DNA from: an uncultured delta proteobacterium
GTDB taxonomy: Bacteria > Desulfobacterota > Binatia > UBA9968
Length of the DNA: 64,000 bases
Assembly: GCA_963760795.1 (NCBI GenBank)
Contig: CAVXEP010000033.1
Span: 57,192-121,191, forward strand
Reading direction: 5' to 3'
Part shown: positions 41,440 to 51,573 of the stretch, piece by piece
How positions within the stretch are numbered: position 1 is the stretch's first letter
How the letters are laid out: each line of letters starts with the position of its first letter
Notes under the pieces: generated by a model
Told to the model about the DNA's origin: nothing
Databases searched by the model: none
The model's input: the letters and a program-made list of their open reading frames with translations, nothing else
Made by a program: the position numbers and the translations under genes

Positions 41440-42105
41440 ATGGAACAAAAAAAAGACCGCCGCGCTGTCGGCGTCAAAGTTCTGCCCGAAGGTGTTGAAG
41501 AATACTGCGAGCGGCATACCACGGCGCTCACCGAGCTTCACGAAAAACTATTGCGCGAAACCGAAGAGAAAACCGCCACGGCGAATTTTCTGGTCGGTGA
41601 GATCGAAGGCGCTTTTCTCAAGATGCTGGTGCGCATGACCCAAGCCAAAAGAATCCTCGAAGTCGGCATGTTTACCGGCTACAGCGCCCTGTGTTTTGCC
41701 GAGGCTTTACCCGCGGATGGTTCCATCGTCACTTGCGAGCTTGATCCCCATACCATCGAGATCGCGCGGCGTTTTTTTGCCCAGAGCCCACACAGGACAA
41801 AGATCGAAATCAGAGAGGGCAGGGCGGCCGACACTTTGAAAACGCTCCAGGGCCCGTTCGATCTGTGCTTTATCGACGCCGATAAACCGAGTTACGATTA
41901 CTATTACGATCGTTGTGTGGAGCTTGTGCGCAAAGGCGGGTTGATCGTGCTCGACAATATGCTGCGCTATGGCCGGGTGTTGAATCCGGTCGAAGAAGAC
42001 GCGCGGATCGTCAACGTTTTGAATGGGCGAATTCACAACGACCCGAGAGTAGAAAACGTGCTGCTGCCGTTTCGCGACGGCATCATGCTGGCGTACAAAT
42101 TGTAA
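41440..42105 (+). CDS. O-methyltransferase (caffeoyl-CoA/catechol OMT family)
   Basis: ILEVGMFTGYSA, FDLCFIDADK, DNML. Confidence 0.93.
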   Translation: MEQKKDRRAVGVKVLPEGVEEYCERHTTALTELHEKLLRETEEKTATANFLVGEIEGAFLKMLVRMTQAKRILEVGMFTGYSALCFAEALPADGSIVTCELDPHTIEIARRFFAQSPHRTKIEIREGRAADTLKTLQGPFDLCFIDADKPSYDYYYDRCVELVRKGGLIVLDNMLRYGRVLNPVEEDARIVNVLNGRIHNDPRVENVLLPFRDGIMLAYKL

Positions 42106-42138
42106 ACCGGCAGCCCGCAAGGAATCACGAGGTAGATT

Positions 42139-43170
42139 ATGGCCGGATCTAAAGTGATCGATGCCGATGGGCATATCATCGAGCGCACCGACGAATTGCG
42201 CAAATATTTAAAATCTCCGTTCGACAAACGCGGCGGGCCGCTGACCGCGTCGGAGCCCTGGGACCGGGATCTCCGGCAAACCTTGCCCCCCGAGCCGCGG
42301 AATTTTCCCAGCGCGCCGAGCGCGCAAGACTGGCTGCGTTTATTGGATGACCATGGCATCGAGCAGGCGTTCCTGTACCCGACCGCGATGGGCAATGTGT
42401 CGCGCATCCGCGAGCCCGACTACGCTGTGGCGCTTTGCGAGGCTTATAACGACTACGTTCACGACCAGTACGCGAAAATCTCAAACCGGTTGAGGCCGGT
42501 CGCGCTGCTGCCCTTTCAAGACCCGGAGCGAGCCGTTGCCGAGCTGCGCCGGGCGGTGCGCGACTACGGCTGCCGTGCCGCGGTGGTTCGCACGACGGGA
42601 TTGCGCTGGCCGCTGGGCCACAAGTTTTACGATCCGATTTACCGGGAAGCCGAGAGTTTAGGCTGCGCGCTGGCGGTGCATGGAACTAATGGCGCCGAAG
42701 AGCTGGCTTCGGGATCTTTTGAAACCTTCACTGAAGTTCACACCGTATCTTTTCCGGTTGGAATGTTCGTCCAGTTTTCTAACATGATCTATCAGGGGGT
42801 GCCGGCGCGCTTCCCCAAACTGCGATTGGTTTTTCTTGAGATTGGTTGCACTTGGCTACCCTACTGGCTGGACCGTATGGATGAACACTGGGTGAAGCGC
42901 GGCACGATCGAGACGCCTTCGCTGAAGCAACGACCGAGCGATTGCGTGCGCGAACAGCCGATCTTTTTCAGCTTCGAAGCCGAGGAGACGTTGCTGCCCG
43001 AAACTTTCCGTTACGTCGGCGACGATCATTTCGTCTACGCTACAGATATCCCGCACTGGGATTGCGAGTTCCCGGAGAACTTGCGGCACACGCAAAAGCG
43101 CAACGATCTTTCGGACGAGACTAAGAACAAGATTCTCTACGACAACGTGAAGGCGCTGTACGATATTTAG
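42139..43170 (+). CDS. amidohydrolase_2 family protein
   Basis: IDADGH, AYNDY, RFPKLRLVFLE, YATDIPHWD. Confidence 0.9.
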   Translation: MAGSKVIDADGHIIERTDELRKYLKSPFDKRGGPLTASEPWDRDLRQTLPPEPRNFPSAPSAQDWLRLLDDHGIEQAFLYPTAMGNVSRIREPDYAVALCEAYNDYVHDQYAKISNRLRPVALLPFQDPERAVAELRRAVRDYGCRAAVVRTTGLRWPLGHKFYDPIYREAESLGCALAVHGTNGAEELASGSFETFTEVHTVSFPVGMFVQFSNMIYQGVPARFPKLRLVFLEIGCTWLPYWLDRMDEHWVKRGTIETPSLKQRPSDCVREQPIFFSFEAEETLLPETFRYVGDDHFVYATDIPHWDCEFPENLRHTQKRNDLSDETKNKILYDNVKALYDI

Positions 43171-43183
43171 CAATTCCAGCGTT

Positions 43184-44894
43184 CTATTTGGTTAAAGCCT
43201 CGGCGCCGGTTTGCGCGAGAGATTCCTTTAATACGTAGCGCTGAATTTTCCCGGCGCCGGTCATGGGCCATTCGTAAACGAAATTTACTCGGCGCGGGAC
43301 TTTGAAGCTCGCTAAATCCCGGCGGCAGAAGTCGATAATTTCTTTTTCCGTCATATGCTTCCCGGTTTTTAACTCAATAAAGGCTGCGACGACCTCCGTC
43401 AATCGCGGATCGGCCATGCCCACCGCCACCGCTTGTTTTATCGCGTCGTGTTTGAGCAGGACCGCTTCGATTTCAGCCGCGGCAACGTTTTCACCGCCGA
43501 CGCGAATCATGTCTTTGATGCGGCCGACGAGGCGCAAATAGCCGTCGCTGCCGATAAAGCCGACATCGCCGGTACGAAACCAACCGTTCTCATCGATGGC
43601 CTCAGCGGTTTTCTGCGGGTCGTCGAAGTATCCTTTCGTAATGCACCAACCACGAAAGCAAACTTCCCCCGGCTGACCTTCTGGTAAGAAGTCGTTGAGG
43701 TTGGGTTGGCGAATGCCAATCTCAACGCCGGGCATGGCGCGCCCGACCGTGGTCATCCGCAATTCCATTGAATCGTCCATCTCACAAGCCGTGCCGCCGA
43801 TGTGGGTTTCGGTAAGCCCGTAGGGGCTGATGAGTTTTTTAATGCTCATCTCGTCGTGAACTCGCTTGTTGACCTCCGGGCTGGCGAAGATCATGCCTTT
43901 TTCGAGCACCAACTTTCGCTTCTTCAGATCAGGGTGGTTGAGATATTCGATATAGTGCGGCTGGTGGCCCATCAACACGTTGCAGCGATGACGCTCCATT
44001 AGCTCCAAAGCTTCGCCGGCATCGAAATAGGGCTGCACGATCATCGTGCAGCCCGAGAGCACCGGCGTGAGCATTACCTGGATCGATCCGCCGACGTGGA
44101 AAAAGGGTTGAGGGCTGAAAAAGCAATCGCCCTCGGTCAGTTGCAGCGCCAGGCAGCCGCACTGGGCGCCGCGCAGCATTGCTACTTGAAACAGCATTGC
44201 GCCCTTGGGCATCGCCGTGGTGCCGGAAGTGAACTGAATCATGGCGATGTCATCGGCTCCGACTTTTCCTTCGGCCTGCCGCAAAGTGCCTTCAGGGACC
44301 TCAGCGCCCAGAGCTTTTAATGCATCGAAAGAGAGCCAACCGGGCGAACTTCGGGACGACGAAACGACGATTCTATCTAAGATAAGGAAGCTTTTCGTTG
44401 GGCAGCGCGTCAGCCGCTTCGCCGGCTCTAGGGCAGAGTTCTTTGAGCAAACTGAGATAATCTTTGTTTCGTTCCTCTTTGAAAACGAGTAACGCCGCTT
44501 TCGATTTGTTGAGCACATATGCGATTTCTTCGGGCCGGTAACGAGTGTTGACCGGCACGATGACCGCGCCGATGCGCATTAGGGCGAAGTAAACAAACGC
44601 CCATTCCGAATAGCCGGCCATCCAGATGGCAACTTTATCGCCCTTGCCGATACCGAGGTTAAGAAAGCCGCAGGCTATAAGATCCGAGGTTTGCTTTAGC
44701 TGATTGTAGGTGACTGCACCATTGTGATACACAGTCGCGACTTTGTCGCCGTATTTCAGCGCTGCGTCGTCGAGCGCCATGCCGACGGTTTTACCCGTCA
44801 ATTTATCGTCCCACATTTTATGAACCGAAGTTTTTCCGTCTGTGCTTGCTTCACTTGGCGCCATCTGTTTATCGCCGGCCTCGGTCAAAAGCAA
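43184..44894 (-). CDS. AMP-dependent acyl-CoA synthetase, frameshift near 44385
   Basis: FTSGTTAMPKG, YGLTE, FRTGD, GRIKDMIRVGGENV, GKIQR; N-terminal part in ORF 44373-44894. Confidence 0.9.
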
Positions 44895-45083
44895 TCACGA
44901 TCGGGCCGACGAGCGAAACCATTAACCGGATCGCGCTACTCGCCGCGTCGACTCTCCCGTCACGCATCCGCGAGTGGAATGGTTTCGATTGAACTCGGAC
45001 GATGCATCGGGATACATTAGCAACTCACGCGCGGCGAGGTTTACCTTTGCTGCAATGAACTCTCTAAATGACGGAGGCGAGCG

Positions 45084-46034
45084 ATGTCCAACCCAAAGTT
45101 ACATTTTTATTTTCGTGAACCGACAATCGATACCAATATTCCGATCACCGACGGCACGGTGAAGATCGACGGCTTCGACTGGGAGTTCGTGCCGACGGAA
45201 GAGGAATGCGACGCCTGGGACTGCGGCTTTGCCGCGCGGGTGCGGGCTTACGCGAAGGGCGAGGCGCATATTTCCATCCCTGCGTTTCCCAACCGCAAGT
45301 TTCGGCTGGCTTACATTTACGTCAACAGCAAAGCGGGTATCGAGTCGGCGAAGGAGTTGGAAGGGCGGCGCGTCGGCATCATGCAGTGGGACAATACCGC
45401 CGGCGTGTGGGCGCGCGGCGCGCTGCAACATTACTACGGCGTCGATTTGAAAAAGATCAACTGGTGCTCGCCGCGGGCGAAGAAGATGGCGCTGGCCGAG
45501 GGCATTCGCATCGAGCAGATCGATTCCAACGACGATCCGGATCTGCTGCTCGACAATATGCTGCTCGACGGCAAGATCGACGCGGTTATTGGACCTAACG
45601 TGCTGCCATCGATCACGGCGCGCGATCCGCGCATGCGCCGGCTGTTTCGCGACTTCCGCAAGGAAGAGCAGGAGTATTACCGCAAGACCAAGATTTTCCC
45701 GACCAGCCATATCGTGACCTTGAAGCAAGCCTTCGTCGATAAACATCCCAATGCTCCAGTGGCACTGCTCAAGGCTTTCCGCAAGTCGCGTGACGTCGCC
45801 TTCGATCGTCTCGTCGGCCCCGACCCGCAAGTGATCGCCTATTCCTGGATCGCCGCGGCGGTGGCCGAGCAACGCGAGCTGATGGGTGACGACTATTGGG
45901 CCTATAACGTGCCGAACAACGTGCGCGAGTTGGAAGCGATGACCCAGTACGCCCATGAGCAAGGTCTGACGCCGACGCGCATCGACTATAAGACGTTTTT
46001 TCATCCCGACGCGGCCGCGCTGCCGGGAGTGTGA
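45084..46034 (+). CDS. 4,5-dihydroxyphthalate decarboxylase-like protein (solute-binding-protein fold)
   Basis: IPAFPNRKFR, LEGRRVG, TAGVWARG, IFPTSH, YAHEQGL; no signal peptide. Confidence 0.75.
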   Translation: MSNPKLHFYFREPTIDTNIPITDGTVKIDGFDWEFVPTEEECDAWDCGFAARVRAYAKGEAHISIPAFPNRKFRLAYIYVNSKAGIESAKELEGRRVGIMQWDNTAGVWARGALQHYYGVDLKKINWCSPRAKKMALAEGIRIEQIDSNDDPDLLLDNMLLDGKIDAVIGPNVLPSITARDPRMRRLFRDFRKEEQEYYRKTKIFPTSHIVTLKQAFVDKHPNAPVALLKAFRKSRDVAFDRLVGPDPQVIAYSWIAAAVAEQRELMGDDYWAYNVPNNVRELEAMTQYAHEQGLTPTRIDYKTFFHPDAAALPGV

Positions 46035-46079
46035 GCGGTAATTGGGTGTGTTGCCGATCATGCGGAGTTTTCATCCGAT

Positions 46080-46103
46080 GTAGGGGCGACCGGCGGTCGC
46101 CCT
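46080..46103. repeat. GTAG REP immediately upstream of the RAYT
   Basis: GTAGGGGCGACCGGCGGTCGCCCT. Confidence 0.88.
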
Positions 46104-46116
46104 CCTCTAAACGCTA

Positions 46117-46677
46117 ATGACGAATCGTCCCGAAACACGCCACCGTCATTCGATTCGATTGCAAGACTATGACTACGCCTTGACTGGTGCGTATTTTATA
46201 ACGATTGCCACGAAAGATCGAAGCTGTTTGTTCGGAGACGTTGTTGACGGGGAAATGCGACCAAACGATTGGGGCCAAACAGTTCAAGATGAATGGGCGA
46301 AGTCAGCACAGATACGCAAAGAAATCGAACTGGATGCCTTTGTTGTAATGCCCAATCATGTTCACGGTGTTATCATCATTGCCGACGGGATGGGGAGGGC
46401 GACCGGCCGGTCGCCCCTACAATCCGGACCATCCGGGCGGTCTTTAGGTGCGTTTGTCGCTGGGTTTAAAGCTGCGGCCACTAAACGTATTAATACCGCG
46501 CGCGGCTCGCCGGGCGAACCGATATGGCAGCGCAATTACTTCGAACATGTCATTCGTAGCGAGGATTCATTGCAGAGGATTCGCCAGTACATTCTCGACA
46601 ATCCAATGCGCTGGGAATTTGACCGGGAAAATCCAGCGGCATTAAAACCAGAAGCGGAATACGCTTGGCGCGAATGA
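46117..46677 (+). mobile_element. REP-associated tyrosine (HUH/Y1) transposase, RAYT
   Basis: RHSIRLQDYDY, YFITI, HUH motif MPNHVH, WQRNYFEHVIR, YILDNP; REPs upstream, internal (46396-46420) and degenerate downstream (46679-46697). Confidence 0.92.
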
Positions 46678-46719
46678 AGGGTGACAGCTGGTCGCCCATT
46701 CGCCAAATGGAGAGATACG

Positions 46720-47775
46720 ATGAAAACTTATTTGCGTTATCACTTGTGATCGGTTTTCTTCTACTGGCCACTGCGGCTGCCGGCACAGACCGCCAAACCC
46801 GCCACCATCGCCGAACTGGCAATGTACACTGGCCCTGACCGCGAGCAGATGCTTGCCGCCGGGGCGAAAAAGGAAGGCAAGATCATTTGGTACACGGCGT
46901 TGGCGGGCAATTCCTATCATGAGCTGGCCAAGGCGTTCGAGGTGAAATACGGCGTGCAGGTGGAATCCTACCGGGGCACCAGCAAGGATTTGATTTCGAA
47001 GTTTCTCGCCGAGGCGCAGGCCAAGCGCTATTTGATGGATGTGGCGGAAAGCTCGTTGCCGCTGCTCATGTTGATGCAGGCGCTCAAACTGATTCAGCCG
47101 TTTACCAATCCGCATATCGCTAGACTCATTCCTGACGCGCGGGAAGAGGCGGGCAAGGGCGCGGTGTATTGGGGGACGGTGCGCGAATCTTATATAGGGT
47201 TCGCCTACAACAAGAACAAGCTGCCGGCGAGCGCGGTGCCGAAAAACTACGACGGGCTTTTGAATCCGGCGCTCAAGGGACGCATGTCGTTCGTCACCAC
47301 CGACACCGGCACGCGCACGGTGGGCGGCATGCTGCTCACCAAGGGCGAGGAATATCTCAAACGGCTGCGCGGCCAGGATATCACCATGCACTCGGTTTCC
47401 GGCCAAGCATTGAATGACATGATTATCGGTGGCGAGGTCGAAGCGTCGCCGACGATCTTTCGCAACCACGCTCTGGTGGCGGCGCAAAAAAAAGCGCCGG
47501 TGGTGTGGGTGCCGATGGATATCGTGCCGGCCAGCGCCGGCAGCGCCGCGCTGTCATTGCAAGCGCCCCATCCCCACGCGGCCGCATTATTTGTCGATTT
47601 CCTCTTTAGTCCGGACGGCCAGAAAATACTCGAAGCCTATGACTACGGCAGCCCGGCGAAGGAGTATGGCTTTAAACGCTGGTATGCGGAAAAGGGCATG
47701 TCGATTCAACAACTGGAAAAAGAACTGGACAAGTGGGAGCGCGGGTTGAGGGATCTAGGGCGACGGCAAGGATAG
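46720..47775 (+). CDS. extracellular solute-binding protein (Fe3+/AfuA-like), indels in the signal-peptide region
   Basis: GAKKEGKIIWY, APHPHAAALFVDFL; hydrophobic LSLVIGFLLLATAAA lies out of frame between 46720 and 46822. Confidence 0.85.
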
Positions 47776-47825
47776 GTTCAAGACGTTCAAGCCGCTCAAC
47801 CGCTGCGCTCGGTTCAAACGTTGGC
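47776..47825. repeat. GTTCAA nonamer-periodic intergenic repeat
   Basis: GTTCAAGACGTTCAAGCCGCTCAACCGCTGCGCTCGGTTCAAACG. Confidence 0.65.
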
Positions 47826-47909
47826 ATGCTGCGGAGCAACTCGTCGCAGTTCGTTGAATTTTTTGATTCCGACGTAGGATAGGTTGAGCATTAGCGGTTG
47901 CGCCGGCGC

Positions 47910-48941
47910 TCATTCTCCCAATAACTTTTTCAACCTCGCGACAATCTCAGCAGGCTGATTGACGACTTCTTTGGCGAGCGCTTCTATTTCCTCGCCGGTG
48001 ATCAATTCCACATCCATGGTCTTCTTTTTGGCTTCTGCGAGCAGCTCCGGATCGTTGACCGCTCTGGTGAAGGCCGCGCGCAGCGTCTTCACATGATCTG
48101 CAGGTGTATTGGGTGAGGTCATCATCGGCCAGGCGCCGAACTCCGCGTTGCCGGCGACGACGGTGGCGAGGCGGCGCGCCGGGGCAGGGGTGTGATATTG
48201 GTCCATCAATTCATTCAAGGTCGGCACATCCGGTAGGCGCGGGTCGCTTTTCGTGCCCATTTGAAACAGCACGCGGGCGAAGCCGGTCTTGCGCCAGGTG
48301 TGGTAGGGCTCGCGGCCGAAGAAGACCGGGATGCTGATGGCGCGGCATTGGATCTCGCCGCGCTCGGCGGCGAGATCGACATCGGCGCCGCCTTGGTAGC
48401 CGGAGACGATTTGAAATTTGGCGCCGATGGTTTCTTCGAGCAACTTGGGTATGTAATAACCGCTGTTGCCGGTGCCGGTGCTGCCGCACTTGGGCGGCGT
48501 GGTTGCGGTGCGAATATCTTGCATGCTCGCATAGGGGCTTTTCGCCGCCATGTACATCAGCGTGTGCGAGCGCGTCGAGCTGCCGATCCAGGCGAACTTC
48601 GCCCAGTCGTACTGCACTTCCTTGCGGCCGAGGAGTTGGTCGAAATAGAGACCGGCGTTGGTCACGACGGTGCTCAAGCCGTCCGGCTTGGCGACCGTGT
48701 AAACATAATTTGCCGCCACCGCCGAACCGGCGCCGGGCATATCTTGGACGATGATGTTGGGATTGCCGGGAATATATTTGCTCATGTACGATCCGACCAG
48801 CCGCGCCCACAGATCGTGAGTGCTGCCGGCCGGATAACCGACGATGAAGCGAATGGTTTTGCCTTGATAATAGGGTGTTTGGGCTGCGACGTTTGCCGAT
48901 ATCCCTAAGAGCAACGGAATTATTAGTATGAAGTTTCGCAT
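47910..48941 (-). CDS. Bug/TctC-like tripartite tricarboxylate transporter binding protein
   Basis: GYPAGSTHD, YIPGNP, MPGAGS..AANYVY..KPDG, PDVPTL. Confidence 0.88.
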   Translation of the reverse strand: MRNFILIIPLLLGISANVAAQTPYYQGKTIRFIVGYPAGSTHDLWARLVGSYMSKYIPGNPNIIVQDMPGAGSAVAANYVYTVAKPDGLSTVVTNAGLYFDQLLGRKEVQYDWAKFAWIGSSTRSHTLMYMAAKSPYASMQDIRTATTPPKCGSTGTGNSGYYIPKLLEETIGAKFQIVSGYQGGADVDLAAERGEIQCRAISIPVFFGREPYHTWRKTGFARVLFQMGTKSDPRLPDVPTLNELMDQYHTPAPARRLATVVAGNAEFGAWPMMTSPNTPADHVKTLRAAFTRAVNDPELLAEAKKKTMDVELITGEEIEALAKEVVNQPAEIVARLKKLLGE

Positions 48942-49148
48942 GGGCTCACCGTTAGCGCAGTTACGCTCGGGGTGTCAATTTAATGTTGGCAGGTCAGTTG
49001 AGCACGGATCGGCTGCCGAGAGCGGGAGCGATTTCTCGCTGCGCTCGAAATGACAGCTTGCGCCGCCTGACAAGGCGACGGAAGTATCGCGTCAGCTGGT
49101 GTCCCGGCCCGGAAATATCTGTAATCAGTTCTCATGACGTGAACCCCA

Positions 49149-50186
49149 ATGCCTGCAAGCTTGATCGCCGCGATATTTTTCATTTATGCAACTTTTGCCG
49201 GCTTCACTTGCGCGGTGCGAGCGGCGGAATCGACTGCGCTTGAACGCATCAATTTCGGTTTCAGCGCCGCCGGTTCGGTGGCGTCGGCGCCATTGTGGAT
49301 GGCCCAGGACAGCGGCGCGTTCAAAAAATACGGACTCGACGTCAAGCTGATTTTCCTCGCCGGCGGCTTGTCGCCGGTGGCGGTGATGGCCGGCGAAGTG
49401 CCCTTCGCGCTCATGTCCGCCGGCGTCATGGTGCCGGCGGCGTTGCGCGGCGCGGATCTGGTCATGGTCGCGGCGCTGAGCAATTACCTGAATCAGGTGC
49501 TCGCCGTGGCGCCCGAATTCACCGATGTAAAACAGCTCAAAGGCAAACGCATCGCCATTCAGCGGCTCGGCGATCTGACGCATATCGCGGCCCGTGAAGC
49601 GCTCAAGCATGTTGGGCTTGCCGAGTCGGACCTGCAAATGCAGCAGATCGGCGGCGGCCCGGCGCGCTTTACCGCGTTGCACACCGGCAATGTTCAGGCT
49701 GCTATTTTGACGCCGCCCTACAGCACGCGAGCGCGCAAGTTGGGCTACCGCGTGCCGGTCAATCTCTACGATCTCAAGATTCCCTTCATCGGCACCGGTG
49801 TGGTCACGACCAAGCAGCTGCTCGCGACGCGCCGGCCGTTGGTGCTAAATCTGCTCAAGGCGATCGCCGAAGGCATTCGCTATTACAAACGCGAGCGCGA
49901 TGGGCCGATCAAGATCGCCGAACGTTATTTACCGGGAGCGGCGCGGGAAGAGATCGCCGACGCTCTCGATCATTACAATCGTGACCTGGATGACCGGCCG
50001 TTCCCTCGCGCTGAGGGCTTCAAAATCGCCCTGGAACTTACCGCCCAGCAAACGCCGCTTGCCAAAGGCGTCGATGCCGAACGGTTCATCGATCCGTCGC
50101 TATTGCGTGAGTTGAGCGCAGCGGCTTCTTCGCCGTTTCTGGCGGTGCGAAGTGAATTCGCGAGGGTATCAGGCGGTCAATCGTAA
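49149..50186 (+). CDS. ABC substrate-binding protein, NMT1/SsuA-like
   Basis: signal peptide, APLWMAQDSGAFKKYGLDV, QLKGKRIA. Confidence 0.87.
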   Translation: MPASLIAAIFFIYATFAGFTCAVRAAESTALERINFGFSAAGSVASAPLWMAQDSGAFKKYGLDVKLIFLAGGLSPVAVMAGEVPFALMSAGVMVPAALRGADLVMVAALSNYLNQVLAVAPEFTDVKQLKGKRIAIQRLGDLTHIAAREALKHVGLAESDLQMQQIGGGPARFTALHTGNVQAAILTPPYSTRARKLGYRVPVNLYDLKIPFIGTGVVTTKQLLATRRPLVLNLLKAIAEGIRYYKRERDGPIKIAERYLPGAAREEIADALDHYNRDLDDRPFPRAEGFKIALELTAQQTPLAKGVDAERFIDPSLLRELSAAASSPFLAVRSEFARVSGGQS

Positions 50187-50201
50187 ACCGTTGAGGTCAC
50201 T

Positions 50202-50240
50202 TTCCTCGACCACGTACAGGACAGGCTGACGGTCGAGGAA
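50202..50240. terminator. hairpin between convergent genes
   Basis: TTCCTCGACC ... GGTCGAGGAA perfect 10-bp arms; no poly-U tail. Confidence 0.4.
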
Positions 50241-50341
50241 TGTCAAAATGCCGCGCCGGCCTTCGTGTCACTTCGTCGTTGATTGCGACGGCATTCAATT
50301 GAGAGTCCGCGAGCGCGTTGCAGACGCACCATTGCTTCGAG

Positions 50342-51565
50342 TTACTTCCAACTGGGCAGCAAGCCGCGCACAAAGTCGAGGTGGGCGATCAGGTAAATCA
50401 CTACGGAGACCAAGCAGAGCAGCAGATAGGCGAATTGAATCCATTCCGCTTTAGTTAGTGTGTTGGGTTGCAGCAAGCGTCGGTGCAGTTGCGGTGCCAG
50501 CGCCAAGGCTTGCTGGCGCAGGGTCGGCATCGCCAACAGATCGGCGACGATGTTGTAGCCGTCCAATTCGAGGAAACTAAACGGATAGAGATTAATCAGC
50601 GCGCCTTCCCAGAGCACCACGCCGATGCCGAACAAGAACGCTTGGCCGACGCCGGGCTGAGCTTGATACGCCACGAGAAAAGCCACGCTGCCCCAGAACA
50701 GTTCGACCAACGGGCCGGCGAGGTCGACGATCACCCGCGCCCGCCGTGTCGACATGAAGATATCGGTAACATCGGCGTAAAACGTCGGCAGGACGCCTTG
50801 GAGCAGAAAGAAGCCGATTTCGCGGACGCGCCGGCCGTAGGCTTTGCACGCCAGAGCGTGCACGGTCACGTGCATGATCGACACCGCCAAGAGTGAGGCC
50901 AACATAATCGCGCCGCTAAGCCATGGCGTGGCGGCGAGCAGTTGGGTGAACTGCTTGGCCTGGGGGCTCAATCGCCAGGCCGCGATGCCAGCCAGGATTG
51001 CCAGAAGAATTGTCAGCCCGAGCGTGAGCGGGTGAAACAGGACAAAGCCGCCGTAGCGGTACATCCCGGCACAAAGCCGGTCGGCGTTGGCCACGGTGAA
51101 GGATATTCTGCGCCAGTATTTTGCCGCGGAACTAAATCCCATCGCCCAAAATTTCGTCTGGCTACGGACGAGACTTTGTTGCAGCGCTAAATTTCCCCGT
51201 TCGACGAGTAGCCCGGCTTGGTACAGCTTCGCCAATAGCAGGCGGATCATCGCGTAGTCGAACGCACCGAAGGTGTGATGAAAAGATCGCGCGATTTCTT
51301 CGAGTGAGAGGCTGCCGTCGAAGCGATCCCAGAGAAAGAACTCTTTACTGTCGAGTAACAGGTAGCGGTCGCGTTGGAGGTTTTTGAGCACGTAGGCGCG
51401 GCTGCCGTCGGCGCTCCGGGGTTGCGCGGTAATCGCCCAGAACTCGTCGGCGATGCGCCGTGGCCGGTAGCCGAGATGGGCTTGGCTGCTGTGGATCTCG
51501 TGGAGCTGAAAGCCCGCTTCACCGGGATTGCGCGTGAGCAGTTGGAGTTTCGCCGGTTCGGCCAT
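50342..51565 (-). CDS. PqqD/RRE-like domain fused to an M50 (site-2 protease)-like membrane domain lacking the catalytic Glu
   Basis: N-terminal YLLLDSKEFFLWDRFDGSLSLEEIA...LYQAGLL (RRE-like); HVTVHALACK in place of HExxH; AGP and NLYPFSFLELDG motifs. Confidence 0.8.
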   Translation of the reverse strand: MAEPAKLQLLTRNPGEAGFQLHEIHSSQAHLGYRPRRIADEFWAITAQPRSADGSRAYVLKNLQRDRYLLLDSKEFFLWDRFDGSLSLEEIARSFHHTFGAFDYAMIRLLLAKLYQAGLLVERGNLALQQSLVRSQTKFWAMGFSSAAKYWRRISFTVANADRLCAGMYRYGGFVLFHPLTLGLTILLAILAGIAAWRLSPQAKQFTQLLAATPWLSGAIMLASLLAVSIMHVTVHALACKAYGRRVREIGFFLLQGVLPTFYADVTDIFMSTRRARVIVDLAGPLVELFWGSVAFLVAYQAQPGVGQAFLFGIGVVLWEGALINLYPFSFLELDGYNIVADLLAMPTLRQQALALAPQLHRRLLQPNTLTKAEWIQFAYLLLCLVSVVIYLIAHLDFVRGLLPSWK

Positions 51566-51573
51566 GATCCGGA

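Noticed and set aside
45099-46061. Long antisense ORFs (also 1116-2177, 3580-4443, 25121-25996, 35431-36204, 46642-47487)
   Set aside because: Shadow ORFs opposite well-supported genes, expected in high-GC DNA; no recognisable motifs.
50342-51565. RiPP biosynthetic cluster around the RRE-like protein
   Set aside because: No precursor peptide, radical SAM, YcaO, lanthionine synthetase or exporter is adjacent.
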